A DNA stretch of 63,559 nt, counting the filler, from Nemertoderma westbladi (taxonomy: Eukaryota; Animalia; Xenacoelomorpha), in assembly GCA_032718475.1 (NCBI GenBank). It is 3 parts of 3 records of this genome, joined end to end, with 100 filler letters (N's around TTAATTAATTAA, not from the genome) between each part and the next. Parts side by side here need not be neighbours in the genome. Positions count along the whole stretch, not along the records: positions 49,929 to 63,559 come from JAUCBJ010008263.1; 2 more parts are not named here. One strand, 5' to 3'. Numbering within the stretch: position 1 is the first letter of the stretch; each line of letters opens with the position of its first letter. Both the position numbers and the translations under genes were made by a program. Positions 49,929 to 61,576 of this stretch are shown in pieces. The notes below the pieces were generated by a model. That model was not told the DNA's origin. It did no database searches and saw nothing but the letters and a program-made list of their open reading frames with translations.

Positions 49929-51742
49929 CACACCACCCTTGAGTGGACATCTTGGTGAAGAAAAATGAACACCAATTCTGTTTTCATATTTATGTAAGGT
50001 TTGGTGCCCTGAGTCAAAAAAAGGAAAAACGAAAATATTTCCCGGAGCCCTTTTAAAATTATTTAGTAACTAAATTATTAACTAATATTACTAATATTAA
50101 ATGTATTTAAAATAAATGAACAGACTAAATTCTTATCATGTTATGTTGGCAATGTTGCATGGAATCCAAAAAATGAAAAACAATATTAATTGGCGGAGTC
50201 CATTTGTAATTATTTAATAATTAAATTATTAAATAATATAAATAATATTACTAACGTTAAATTACAATGAACTTTCGAAATACTTAATAACTCATCTTCG
50301 CAAAGTTTCTTGAAGTCCAAAATATGGAATGAAGGAAATGGTTGAGTCAGTTTTTGATTATTATTTATTAGTTAAATTATATTATTAATAAAATAATTAT
50401 ATTTTAACTAAATTAATGGACGAAATTTACCGCTATCGCTATATCCCTATTGCAGTATTGCCTATCCCTGCCTGATCCCGGCTGGACTCTACTCACTCCT
50501 GCACTCCCTGAGTCCAGACTCCCACTCTACGGTCTGCAGGTCTGACGGTACCGGTAATGGCAAACTGGTTATTCCTAACCTAACACCAAAGCCTTTATTA
50601 TTCAGTTATTGCTGTATGATGTAGGCTACATACTGTAGCAGCAACCGGCACACGGCACATATCAGCATATACCTGTATACTGATATATTGACGAATTAAA
50701 CTAACATGGGTCTTTCTGCAGTTCTGTCAGTCTGTCTTCACTCGGTCAGCCTAACATGCCTAAACACCCTACTACACCCAACTTTCAGCCAACTACCAAC
50801 TACAGTTCCACCCCACTTCACCCCACACTGGAATCCATACAGGCTGCGCTGGATTTATCCAGCGCGCATTGAAAAGCCTGGCGCGCGAATTTGGCGCGTT
50901 TTGTAAAAACGCGCCAAGCTTTGCACACTGCGAGCTACCAAGATGTCATGTCGGCGCACTTTCGCTTTGACAAAATCCCTGTGCGTACAGCCGTATAATA
51001 TTATCATCAGCAATCAGTATATCCCACCCGGCGCCAACCCACTGTATCTATCATGTCCGTCCACTGTCAGACTGTTACTTAGGCCTTTTTTTAACTATTG
51101 CTAAAAATCAATAAAAGGAATTCAAATTTGACAGAATTTCCCTGAAAAATTTCGCTCGCTTAGAGTAGTTAGAAGTTGACCCTGCCAATTATTTTCCTTC
51201 AATATTTATGAACTCATGCAACATAACTAGCACACCACGCCTTATATTTCTTCCATTAATTTAGTTAAATGTAATTATTTTATTAATAATATAATTTAAC
51301 TAATAAATAATAATCAAAAACGGACTCAACCATTTCCTTCATTCCATATTTTGAACAATTTTGAAACTTTGCGAAGAAGAGCTATTAAGTATTTCGAAAG
51401 TCATTCTGTTTAAATATTAGTAATATCATTAATATTATTTAATAATTTAATTACTAAATGATTACAAATGGACTCCACCAATTAATTTTGTTTCATATTT
51501 TTCAGACCCCAGGCAACATTCTCAACATAACAGGATAAGAATTTAGTCTGTTCATTTAATTTAAATAAATTTAATATTAGTAATATTAGTTAATTATTTA
51601 ATTACTAAATAATTTTAAAAGGGCTCCGGGAAATATTTTCGTTTTTCCTTTTTTTGACTCAGGGCACCAAACCTTACATAAATATGCAAACAGAATTGGC
51701 GTTCAATTTTCTTCACCAAGATGTCCACTCAAGGGTGGTGTG
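49929..51742. mobile_element. Non-autonomous DNA transposon with about 490-bp TIRs and CAC termini (CMC/Transib-like), inserted in LTR copy B
   Basis: 49929-~50418 is the inverted copy of ~51258-51742 (CACACCACCCTTGAGTGGACATCTTGG terminus); no internal transposase ORF; TSD not checkable because the left end abuts the gap. Confidence 0.85.
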
Positions 51743-53785
51743 TAAACCACAGGATGTGCAGATTCCGAAACTTGTTAGTGAGTATGCGTGCTAATACGGT
51801 AGCGCGGCTTATTCTTTATGGGGGTTGACCTTACAACTTACGAGTTGCCCCAACTTACTAACTGGCATCTATCAGACTCTCTACACACGCGGCAATCTCT
51901 TCAGACCCAACAACAGCCAGGCAACAATCCAGCCTACAAAATATCTAAATAATACTATTACGGTATCTGAACGGACTATACAGACAGTACAGTATAAACG
52001 CTGACGGACTACTATCAAGCCTAAATAACCACAGTATATGCAGATTCCGAAACTTGTTAGTGAGTATGCGTGCTAATAAGGTAGCGCGGCTTATTCTTTA
52101 TGGGGGTTGACCTTACAACTTACGAGTTGCCCCAACTTACTAACTGGCACCTATCAGACTCTCTACACACGCTGTAATCTTCAAGCCTAACAACAGTCAG
52201 ACAACAGTCCAGCCTACAATGATCTGAACAATCTGAGCAGACTTACACGTCTTCTACTCAATACTAACTTACACGTGAATAAAATCGACAGAAATAAGTA
52301 AACTGTACAGAAGAATGAGGGGTGATCAATCCCTAATCCCCTAGCAGCCTACAATATACACTATATCACAATCGAAATAATACTAATGCACTTGGACAGC
52401 AGTACCGGTTATGACAGTTAGGCCTACGGACCTACGGTAATAGTACCGGTTATGACAGTTGGGCCTACTGACCTACTGGTACCGGTTCTGATGTACCGGT
52501 ACTTTTCAATCTTATTGCTTACCGCAAATAAGATCGATAGCTATTATTGTACGCGCTTTTATAGACCTTCAGCAGTTTAACCTGCCGAAATTTATATGTC
52601 TTTATTGATAATCTGCCTTTTGTAAGATGATAAGATTTAATACAAAACAAACCAAAAACATTAGCCGAAGCCAGTCCATGCGCGTCCAAATGACCCGTTT
52701 ATAACACCGGGAGACTGGATTCGTGGGCTTAAATTTATTTGCGGTCAAGCCTACTGTATTATTCGATTGATTACTAATATATAATCTCTGACAAATATTA
52801 TTCACTTTCGGGAAATATTAGCAGTTCCTTTTAGGACGTGGCGTTCTACCTATGTAAACAGAGTTATGACTGATACTACACACAACGATATGGCTTAAAT
52901 TTCAAGCATAGGGCGCATTCTTTAGGAATGCTTTATTATCAGATCCAAATCACTTTACAATCACGCACGCTACCGGTAACGCACAACACTGCTCACTGAT
53001 ATGCCGACAGTTACTGACTTTGATCAGGTATAAAGAGATATGCACTGGACTCAGGTAGTGTCTGTCAAACAACATTAGATTCACTACAAACACAATAATA
53101 AAGTCGCAATTGTTGTACATAACCCTTCTCTCTAACCTGTAGTGTATCAAGGATATTGGGAAAATGCGGGTTGATTATTGATATTCTTCAACTAATAACA
53201 TCCAATTATACTGATACAAAATTACAAACAGTAAAAGCAGTATGACGGTAGGTTAAGATACAATTAGATTGCAAGTAATGAGATCAATGAATTGAATCGA
53301 TATGAATCGGTTTGATAATAGCTATGCTTTCTATAATTTAGCCTACTAATGTTCTTATAAAAAGGCAGAAAACATTTCGCTATCTCAACACGGTCTTAAA
53401 ACACTGATAATAAAGTCCTAAAATCATAACAAAAGTCCCGTGACTTTAGCTCTCTTATTTTCCAAGAATCCCGTTCAACACATGTAATCAGCAGTGAGAC
53501 AGGATAATTTCAGTTCAGTAGCTCGGGATTGGTCGAAATCAGAACTAACTCAACGCAGGGCTATGGGTAACTGGGGCAACCTTCCCAAGTCGGCTGTCCA
53601 ATCGAACAGCTCAGATCCCTCCTAAAGGATTCCAACGCCTTGGAGGGGGGAACTGGTTAGCAAAGAAAACAAATCAGTCATATCCCAGAAAAACCTTTAC
53701 AGTAGGTTTCAGAGTATTTTAGCGTATGGGGGAAAAACTGGGTTGCGGGGCGAAGGGCCAGTTACATCCCACAGAAGCTTTTACA
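51743..53785 (-). mobile_element. Long LTR copy B (diverged subfamily), interrupted at left by the TIR element
   Basis: Colinear with ~30780-32737, including the tandemly duplicated ~285-bp domain (51744/52028) and the same AGCTTTTACA terminus; it cuts the piggyBac ORF. Confidence 0.78.
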
Positions 53786-54550
53786 CATTTAACGGTTTTG
53801 TTTGTTTGCCGCTCGAGTTAGAACAACTCTTCTGTACAGAAAACAAGTTGCTCTGCTCTTTAATATGTTCAATGAGATCTGGAGGGAAGAACTTAAGGAA
53901 GAGTTTTGTGGGAGTATCAAGAACCAAATACTCATCTCCTAATTTAGAATCCCCTTTGAACATCTTGTCTTCTTCAGACCTTTCAAGGGACCCTGATCTC
54001 CAATTAATCATTGTCTTTGCTTTCTTAGAAGAAGGTTGTGATGCTTCTTGATTACAATCCGGCTGGTTACTGTTCAGAGATAATTGGTTATTGATTGACA
54101 TCGATTGGTCGTCCTGTAAGACGGCACATGGATGCGCATTTGTCTTCGATTTTGACATTGTTTTTTCAACAGGTATATGCTTATTGTGCGATGTTGAAGC
54201 TGATAATGAAATTCTTGGACATCGAGTACGTTTAGGATAAGCTTTAATCAATGGGCGTGGCGATTCTGGAGCAGGAACAATTGGTCTAGATTGTGGTATC
54301 TCAGGTTCACTATCTGCATAATCTACAAAATCTACAGTTATAAGGCCTGCAGACTCTAGTACGGAAATGATTTCTTCGTCAGTATGAACAATTTTAGGCT
54401 GCGGCTGTTCAGTGGTTCCGATAGGCCAACCGGTACTGTCCTCATCATCAACCAACATCTCAGGATTACTGATGTTATCTTCAGAGTTTACACTGTCATC
54501 GATTCCAAAATCTTCATCTTCCTCCCCCGACTCAAGTTCGCTGTCGCCCC
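53786..54550 (-). mobile_element. piggyBac-type transposase N-terminal remnant
   Basis: Acidic N-terminus (GDSELESGEEDEDF), then INWR...DTPTKLFLKFFPPDLIEHIKEQSNLFSVQK, the TP..LF..FF..DL...I....N.Y/F..QK start of the piggyBac DDD domain; truncated by the LTR insertion. Confidence 0.8.
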
Positions 54551-54993
54551 TTTACGGCCAGAGCCAAAATTTAAATTTTTGACTTAAAATGCTACTCCTC
54601 CTATATTATGGTTTATTTTCAGAAGTTGTAACCTATTTTTTGGGAAAAAGCATGGCTATTACGTGAAAACATTCGAGCAGAATTTTTGTTTCGTGCTTTT
54701 CAAGGAAAATACAGGTGATATTCTATTTATCACATGTGTTCGAACTTATTGTACACGAAGCATGCATAATAAGGTAAAGCGAACCCCGCTCCACAGTATT
54801 TTCCTCTCGAATTTTTTTTATTATAGCTAGTACTTGTTGCTTTTTGTATAGAAATCGTTCTAGAATATGCTAGCTATTTATTTTGAAAAAATGAACCCTC
54901 AGTTACAAGTATTTTTTATTCCAGAACAGATTTTGGAAAAATATCTTGATTATATTTTAACCATATGTGAACGATTAATTACACACCACCTAA

Positions 54994-55177
54994 GGCCGCG
55001 TTCATACTACCGAGTCAAAGTCAAAAAAAAATAAATGTAGCTAGAAATAATAACTAATAATACATTATATAAAACTGTATAATACATAAACAGATAAGGG
55101 CAAAGGGCATTCTATAAAAAAGTATATTGTGTTTTACATTTGTCTTTTGACTTTGACTCGTTTGTGTGAACGTGGCC
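54994..55177. mobile_element. PIF/Harbinger (Tourist-like) MITE
   Basis: TIRs GGCCGCGTTCATAC..CGAGTCAAAGTCAAAA / TTTTGACTTTGACTCG..GTGTGAACGTGGCC; TAA TSD on both sides. Confidence 0.8.
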
Positions 55178-56468
55178 TAAGAAAATTTGGAATTGCTTCT
55201 TTTTTTATTTAAGAACAAGTTCGCTACCGGTATTATATAAAAAATGTTCTAGAGAATTGTTCCAGAACTTTTTTTATATTTAATAACGAACATTGTGTAG
55301 GGCCTACACAAAATATTAAACATAGCAAAATCTAGTTAATATATCATTTTTGTAATTAAAAAAACGCAATTAATTAGTAATACAAGTTTCAAATAATTTT
55401 TGAATATAGCTAACTGTATATCACACGGTGTGATATACAATATATCAACCGCTAAAAATAAGTGAGAACATGTGATAAACTGTTATTTCACCCTATTGTT
55501 TAGCCAATCAGATTTGAGAATAAGCGAGAATACATGATAAAAATATATTATAGTGTTTGTAACAATTGAAAGGGGGCAGTACAAGGAATCCAATTATTCA
55601 ACTATTCCATATAACTATATCCAAATATTTGAATTTGGTTGGGAAATAGCTGAGATACGAGCGTTCGAATGTCAAATGTATTTGCGATCGCTGCATGCTA
55701 TTTATTCTGTATATTAAAAATACACCATGTTCTAGAACATTTTGTTTATACATGAACATCCACATAGTATTGTATTGTATTGTATTGAATCTGAATTTAT
55801 TTTAATCCCATAACATACGGAATATTAGTTAAATAATAATACAAATGGATAACAGGGTAACACTCATACGAGTAAGATAATTATATACAATACAGTAAGT
55901 ATCCTACGTATGAATTCATATAATTTAAATATACAGTGGCAGAAAAATATAAGGCGATTAAAATATGGCAAACAGTGATAAAAATAATTATTTGGGGAGA
56001 CCCTGGGTGAGAAGGAAAAGAGCGCATCGAAGGTCAGTCGCGCATGGGGGAATGCCGGGGCAAGATTTGAAGTGCAATTTAGTGTAGTATTACATAGATT
56101 AGTATTATAGTGATAGTATTATATAGGATTTGCATTGCTGCCCAGCTACTTCAGTTATACAAAATGTTATGGAATATTGTGCATTTATTAACTAGAATAA
56201 ATGGCCTGTAAAGCAAACAGTCGGCCGATGTCGGAGGCGACCCGAAGGCTCCTCATTCGATAGCTGCTACCCAAGGATCTGATTCGGTGCTTTTCCTATT
56301 CAAAGATGCAACTATAAGGTTGAAGAATAATACTGCAGTACGTCTGGTACACACCTTTTTTTAAACGCTCGTAGCTAAAGAATGAAAGCAAACATATCCA
56401 CTAAGGAATAAGGTATTTCATGCAATTTTAAGATTTATAGAAAAATTGGGGGGCGAAGGGGGGCGACT

Positions 56469-57546
56469 TGTGGCGGGAGCCAGCTGACGAAACTCCCGAA
56501 CCACTGGGTGTTGCTTAGAGTTAGTTTCTTTATAGATATCAATGGTCGTAGCGGGTCTAAGGCTTGGTTCTTTGGAATCAGGGGACAGTTATTGTAGAGA
56601 AAGATGTTGTTCTTAGTCCCTCGATCTGTTTAATTCTGAAGAAGCTTATCAATGCTCTAATAATATCACGTATCAATCGAAACAACAGTCTCCTGTATAA
56701 TCTACCAACTGTGTCCCTCAACAGACTACAACTTGCACTTAATAGCTGCGCCCGCCTTATTTCAGGTCAACCTGTTCGGTCTCACATCACCCCTACTTTA
56801 CGAACTCTTCACTGGTTGCCGGTCACCTTCCGTATCGAGTACAAGATTGCACTCATGACATGGAAGGCGCTTAATGGTCTCGCCCCGTCTTACATTTTAG
56901 AACTGTTGAATCCAAACTACAACCCGACTAGAACCCAACAACTGTGGACTTTATTGATCCCAAGATACAACTTAAAGACGATTGGTTCCCGTACATTTAA
57001 ACATGCTGCCCCAGTTATTTTCAACAGCCTCCCCCTTAGCTTAAGAACTTGCACTAATTTAGAATCATTCAAAACTCAACTCAAAACATGTTTATATAAT
57101 AGGGCGAGGGCCTTCGACTGACTTTCTAACTGTTTTTACTACTGCGCCTTTGAACCTTGCGAAAAAGGCGCATAATGAGAAATTGTGTATTATTATGATT
57201 ATTATTATTAATTGGTCTAATATAATCCACACTGACGACTAGCTATGAACATCAGATTGGTAGCAACTATCTATATCTAAATATACAAAACACATCGCCT
57301 CTATGACCTGATTAGCGACATGTGAATTAGTAATTATTGCACCAATAATGGTAACCTCAGAGATGGCGCCCATAACCCATTGGTTGACAATATCAAGCCA
57401 CTTTCTACTCTCCCTTGGGCAATATTGGATTTTGGGCTGGGTTAATTAATCCACCTGGCTTATTATTTGCTCTCGCCAATATTGGTAAATCGGCCCCATT
57501 CCACTGTGTAATAATGGGAACGCATAGCGAATTGAATCCGCTAACA
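56469..57546 (-). mobile_element. Older solo LTR of the BEL-related family, split by an L2 insertion
   Basis: Termini TGTGGCGGGAGCCAG and GAATTGAATCCGCTAACA resemble those of 19237-19837 and 59385-59957; flanks CGACT/TGAGT match only 3 of 5. Confidence 0.55.
56640..57210 (+). mobile_element. L2-clade LINE 3' fragment with (ATT)n tail
   Basis: NSLLYNLP...RLQL..NSCARLI...HITPTLRTLHWLPV.FRIEYKI...GLAPSYI...G.R.F..AAP..FNSLP...FKTQLKT.LY; stem-loop TGCGCCTTT...AAAGGCGCA and ATT repeats at the 3' end. Confidence 0.88.
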
Positions 57547-58257
57547 TGAGTGAATACCGACGCCACTATATTCGAGAACATGATGTATAGTAATGCCACT
57601 CATGTTAATGCGCTAGAAACTTCAAACTTTTTTTCGGTGTGTCAAATTTAGGCGCAAGCATAAAATTTTGGAAATTTATCAAATAGGTAAATTGTTTCTG
57701 ATTTTTGTGTGTTTTTCTGAATTCGAAAGAATAAATATAAATAGCTGTAGAAATCTCAAAGTGATATTTTTCGTTGGTGGGTGCAAAATGTAAAAATGCA
57801 AAAAGAACCAAATATTGAATTTCGACAGAAAATATGTCAAAAGCAAGAAAATTACTTTTTTCGTTGTGTTAAAAATTTGTTTTTTAACACAATTATTTAG
57901 TGCCAAAAAATACGACGTGGCTCGGTGTATTTGAAATACTCCCCAGAAACCTGGATATCTTTTATAAGTAAAAATGTTGCTTTCAAACTAATTGGAATGA
58001 GTACATGTTTTTTTCATATTGCGGCCTAAAATTGTAATTCACGGAAACCCAATGATTTTAAATTGTGTTCACTTTGAATCTGCATCCCAAAAAATATTTC
58101 AGCATTGATCAAAGCCATTGTATGATAATTGATAATATTGTGTTGTATAGGTCAATACTTTTTTGAATCTAGAATACAATACTAAACAATTTAACTATTA
58201 TTACTTTAAATAGTTAATTAATTTTTAAATTTTAATGCATTAATTGTTATCTTTCAG

Positions 58258-58764
58258 GAAAGAAGAAACTGCTCAGACTACTCGAACATTTTAGAAGATT
58301 TAATTAAATGCGATAATAAATCTGCGAACCAGTGGTTGGTGATTTTAAGCCGCCGTGATGGTCAAATTAACTTCAATCGTACGTGGGATGAATATGCTAA
58401 TGGTTTTGGTGGTGTAAATGGAGAGTTTTGGATTGGATTAGATCATATACATGAAATTACTACACAGTCCGGACAATTTAGATTCAGAATTGATACATGG
58501 GTCAATGGTAAGCGAATATCTGATGAATATACGTCATTCAGAGTTGGATCATCTAGTACTAATTATGAACTTGAGATTTCTGGACATGTGAAGTCAACGG
58601 ATGTTATGAGATTTCTTAATCATCGACCTTTCACCACAATTGACAGGAATAATGATGGTGCTGATCATAGTTGTGTCCATAGCCATGGCAATGGGTGGTG
58701 GTACAATCATTGTGCGAATGACTATTTTATAAAACCAACAAAAATGCTGGTAAAGATGGACCAA
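58258..58764 (+). CDS. Exon encoding a fibrinogen-related domain (FReD)
   Basis: ctttcAG acceptor, CAA|GTAAGT donor, 507 nt phase 0-0: NCSDY...KCD...WLVILSRRDGQINFNRTWDEYANGFGGVNGEFWIGLDHIHEIT...FTTIDRNND...C...GNGWWYNHC. Confidence 0.85.
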
Positions 58765-59384
58765 GTAAGTTTAATATTAATATCCAAACTTTTGTTAATC
58801 AACTCTTTCAATATTAAATCAATCAAAATTTAATGAACCAACTCTTAGAATGAATGTTTTTGTAAATAGCAACTATATAGTATATACACCATATCCCAGA
58901 ATATAGTGTCGTAATTCACACTATATTATTCACACAATATACTGTATATCTACAAATCTTAATGAGATTACGTGAACTTTGAAACAGAGATAGTTTCACC
59001 TCCCGACCACTGACTGGGTGAGCCAGAATTTTTATTTTTGCTTTCAATCTTTAGCTACAAGCGTTTAAAAAAGTGTCACCAACGATATTACACCAGTTAC
59101 ACCGCAGTTATTCTCCTACCTTATCCCTATTAGTACCGGGCTATAAAATGTTGTACAAATACCGGGGGGGGGGGGGGGTCATATTGATCACCTCCCCCCC
59201 CCCCCCCTCCCCCCCTCTAAAATCTACAAATTTTTACGAAAACGTCTGATTTTTTGTTTGTACGTAGGTGTCACTAGTCTGGATCCGACCGAAAAAAAAA
59301 TTTTCGAAAAAATGTACTGAAGTGGTTATATTGCAGATTACTTACTATAAATGGATGTTTAGTCCTCTCTGCGTAGGAACAAAA

Positions 59385-59957
59385 TGTGACGGGATCAAGG
59401 GATCCCGACCGGTTTGATAGGCTATGCGTCACCGTATTGTTGAGAAAAGATAATAGTTTGTTGTTATCGCTTTGATATTCGTTATAGATTAGCTGATATG
59501 ATATATGATAGCACAGTTGACAGATAACTGATAGCACTATACTGACCGGTAATGTAATAACTGATAGTGACGGTGACGGTGCGAAATCTCACCGGTCTGC
59601 ACTGAGTGACTGAGTAAACTGAACGACTGACCGGTAATGAGATATAATTTATATGTCTAATTATGGCTACATTACTTTGGCCTTCGTTCAGTGGATGCTC
59701 TCCGCTCCCATTGGTTGATAACCTACTTCAAGCCTCTCACCTCTGTGGGAGTGTTTCCCCCCCGCTGTTGGTTGTCTGCCCTCTCGAGGTGGTTTGACCT
59801 CTAACCTCCCTTTGTGTGGCTTTTGGGGTGTATGTTGTCCCGTTATTGGGTGTGATACGAGATTGATTGTTATTAATCTCGTATCTCCAATATTGCTGAA
59901 AAGGGCGCCACTGTCCTACTTTATGAGGGTAATGAGGCGGAATTGAATCCGCTCACA
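59385..59957 (-). mobile_element. 3' LTR (573 bp) of the BEL/Pao element
   Basis: TGTGA...TCACA inverted termini; immediately preceded on the - strand by a poly-G/GAG polypurine tract (59958-59969); ends shared with the solo LTR at 19237-19837. Confidence 0.85.
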
Positions 59958-60674
59958 CTCCCCCCCCCCATGCTATCTTCCCGGTGAGAAGATAGCATCA
60001 ACCTCAGAGTGCGCTTCAATTCCGCTGGAACCCGATCTACTATCGGGTGTGGGGTGGAGTTCTTTTACTTGGAGTCGGCTTTCCAGGCCGCTCCCTCTGG
60101 GTATGATATTACTACCCCTTCTTGGTGCAACCGCAACCTATGTTGCACCAAGACATCTGGCGTCTCTGCTTGAGGCAATTGTGGATTCCTCACACAATTT
60201 TAAAAACTCCCACTCTCTAAACTCTAACTTCTCACTCTACTCCATTCTAACTCCACTCTTACTCCACTCTGCTCTATCTCACCCTCGGATCTCTCTGTCC
60301 CTTACTCCCTCTCTCTCACTACTCGCTCCCCACACTTGAATTGCACTCCACTTTCTCTCGCGCCAACACCTCCTCTCCACTACTCCTCTCATACTGCTCT
60401 CAAAGGCGCTAAGTTCTTATGCTATCATATCCTGTGCTATCATTCTATCTACCTTATCTAAATCTTACTTGCTACTTACTTACTTACTTCTTCACTCTAC
60501 TAACTCTGCTAACTTTACTAACTATACTAACTATACTAACCATACTAACTCTCTACGTAAACTCTCTTAACTCTACTAACGGTACTATGTACCCTCTTAC
60601 TCTCTTTCTCTCTAACTCTCTAAGTCTACTAACTCTCTACCTCTACTAACTTCTAAGTCTACTAACTCTCTACC

Positions 60675-60915
60675 TCTACGTGGCGCTTCCGAAGTGCCTA
60701 CTAACTCCCTACCTGCTACTACCTCGCTAATCTACGTGGCGCTTTCGGTGCCCACAACCACTCTGCTACTACCTCTATCTACGTGGCGCTTTCGGTGCCC
60801 ACAGCCCCTCTGCTACTACCTCTTCTACGTGGCGCTTTCGGTGCCCACAACCCCTCTGCTCTCTACTTTCTACGTGGCGCTTTCGGTGCCCACAACCCCT
60901 CTGCTACTACTCGTG
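60675..60915. repeat. Tandem ~45-bp hairpin-containing repeats in the BEL element 3' UTR
   Basis: TACGTGGCGCTTTCGGTGCCCACA occurs four times, plus one degenerate copy at about 60677. Confidence 0.88.
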
Positions 60916-61576
60916 GCATGTCAATATACCACACTCCCTTACTGCCTACTTCTAACCTAACGGTACTACGTACCCCCCTACTCCCGTGGTATGTCTATAT
61001 ACCACACTCCCTATACCCGCCGACTTCTAACTTCTTACTAACTTTCTACTAACTTCTACTTACTATCTAACTTCTACTATACTATCTACTTCTTACTACT
61101 TACTATCTAACTTCTACTAACTATTACTTTCTAACTTTCTACTTATTTATTATTTTATTATTTTATTATTTATTATTTATTTTTATTTGTGTGGGAAGGG
61201 CGTCTCGCCCTCATTCCCACCCCCCTCAGTCCAACATATTGGACGACTAAACTCTAAGGCTCGACTTCCCGATTCTTCCAGGCAGGCACTGTCCCACTGC
61301 CCCCTGTACGTCCTCTTATCTTTCGCCCACTTTCCTCGCCAATTCCAACTCACCAGGAATGTGGTTCTCCCTCTTCTGCCACCCTAAAATCGGGTCTCTC
61401 CGCCGCCTTCTTAACTTCCTGATCTCCTGGCAGCAAAATGCCACCCTTCATCTGGTCTTCGCCTGCCGGTAGAATGAAAAGAAATCGGAAGAATAGATAA
61501 AACAGAACGGACAATAGTAATCCTATCCCTCTCCATCCTGTCTTCTTACTCGACCTCCCCCTTGTCGGTATGCCTC

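Noticed and set aside
60049-61052. Leu/Thr-rich + strand ORFs as an env-like or antisense gene
   Set aside because: They arise from C/T-skewed low-complexity and tandem repeats; short and without conserved motifs.
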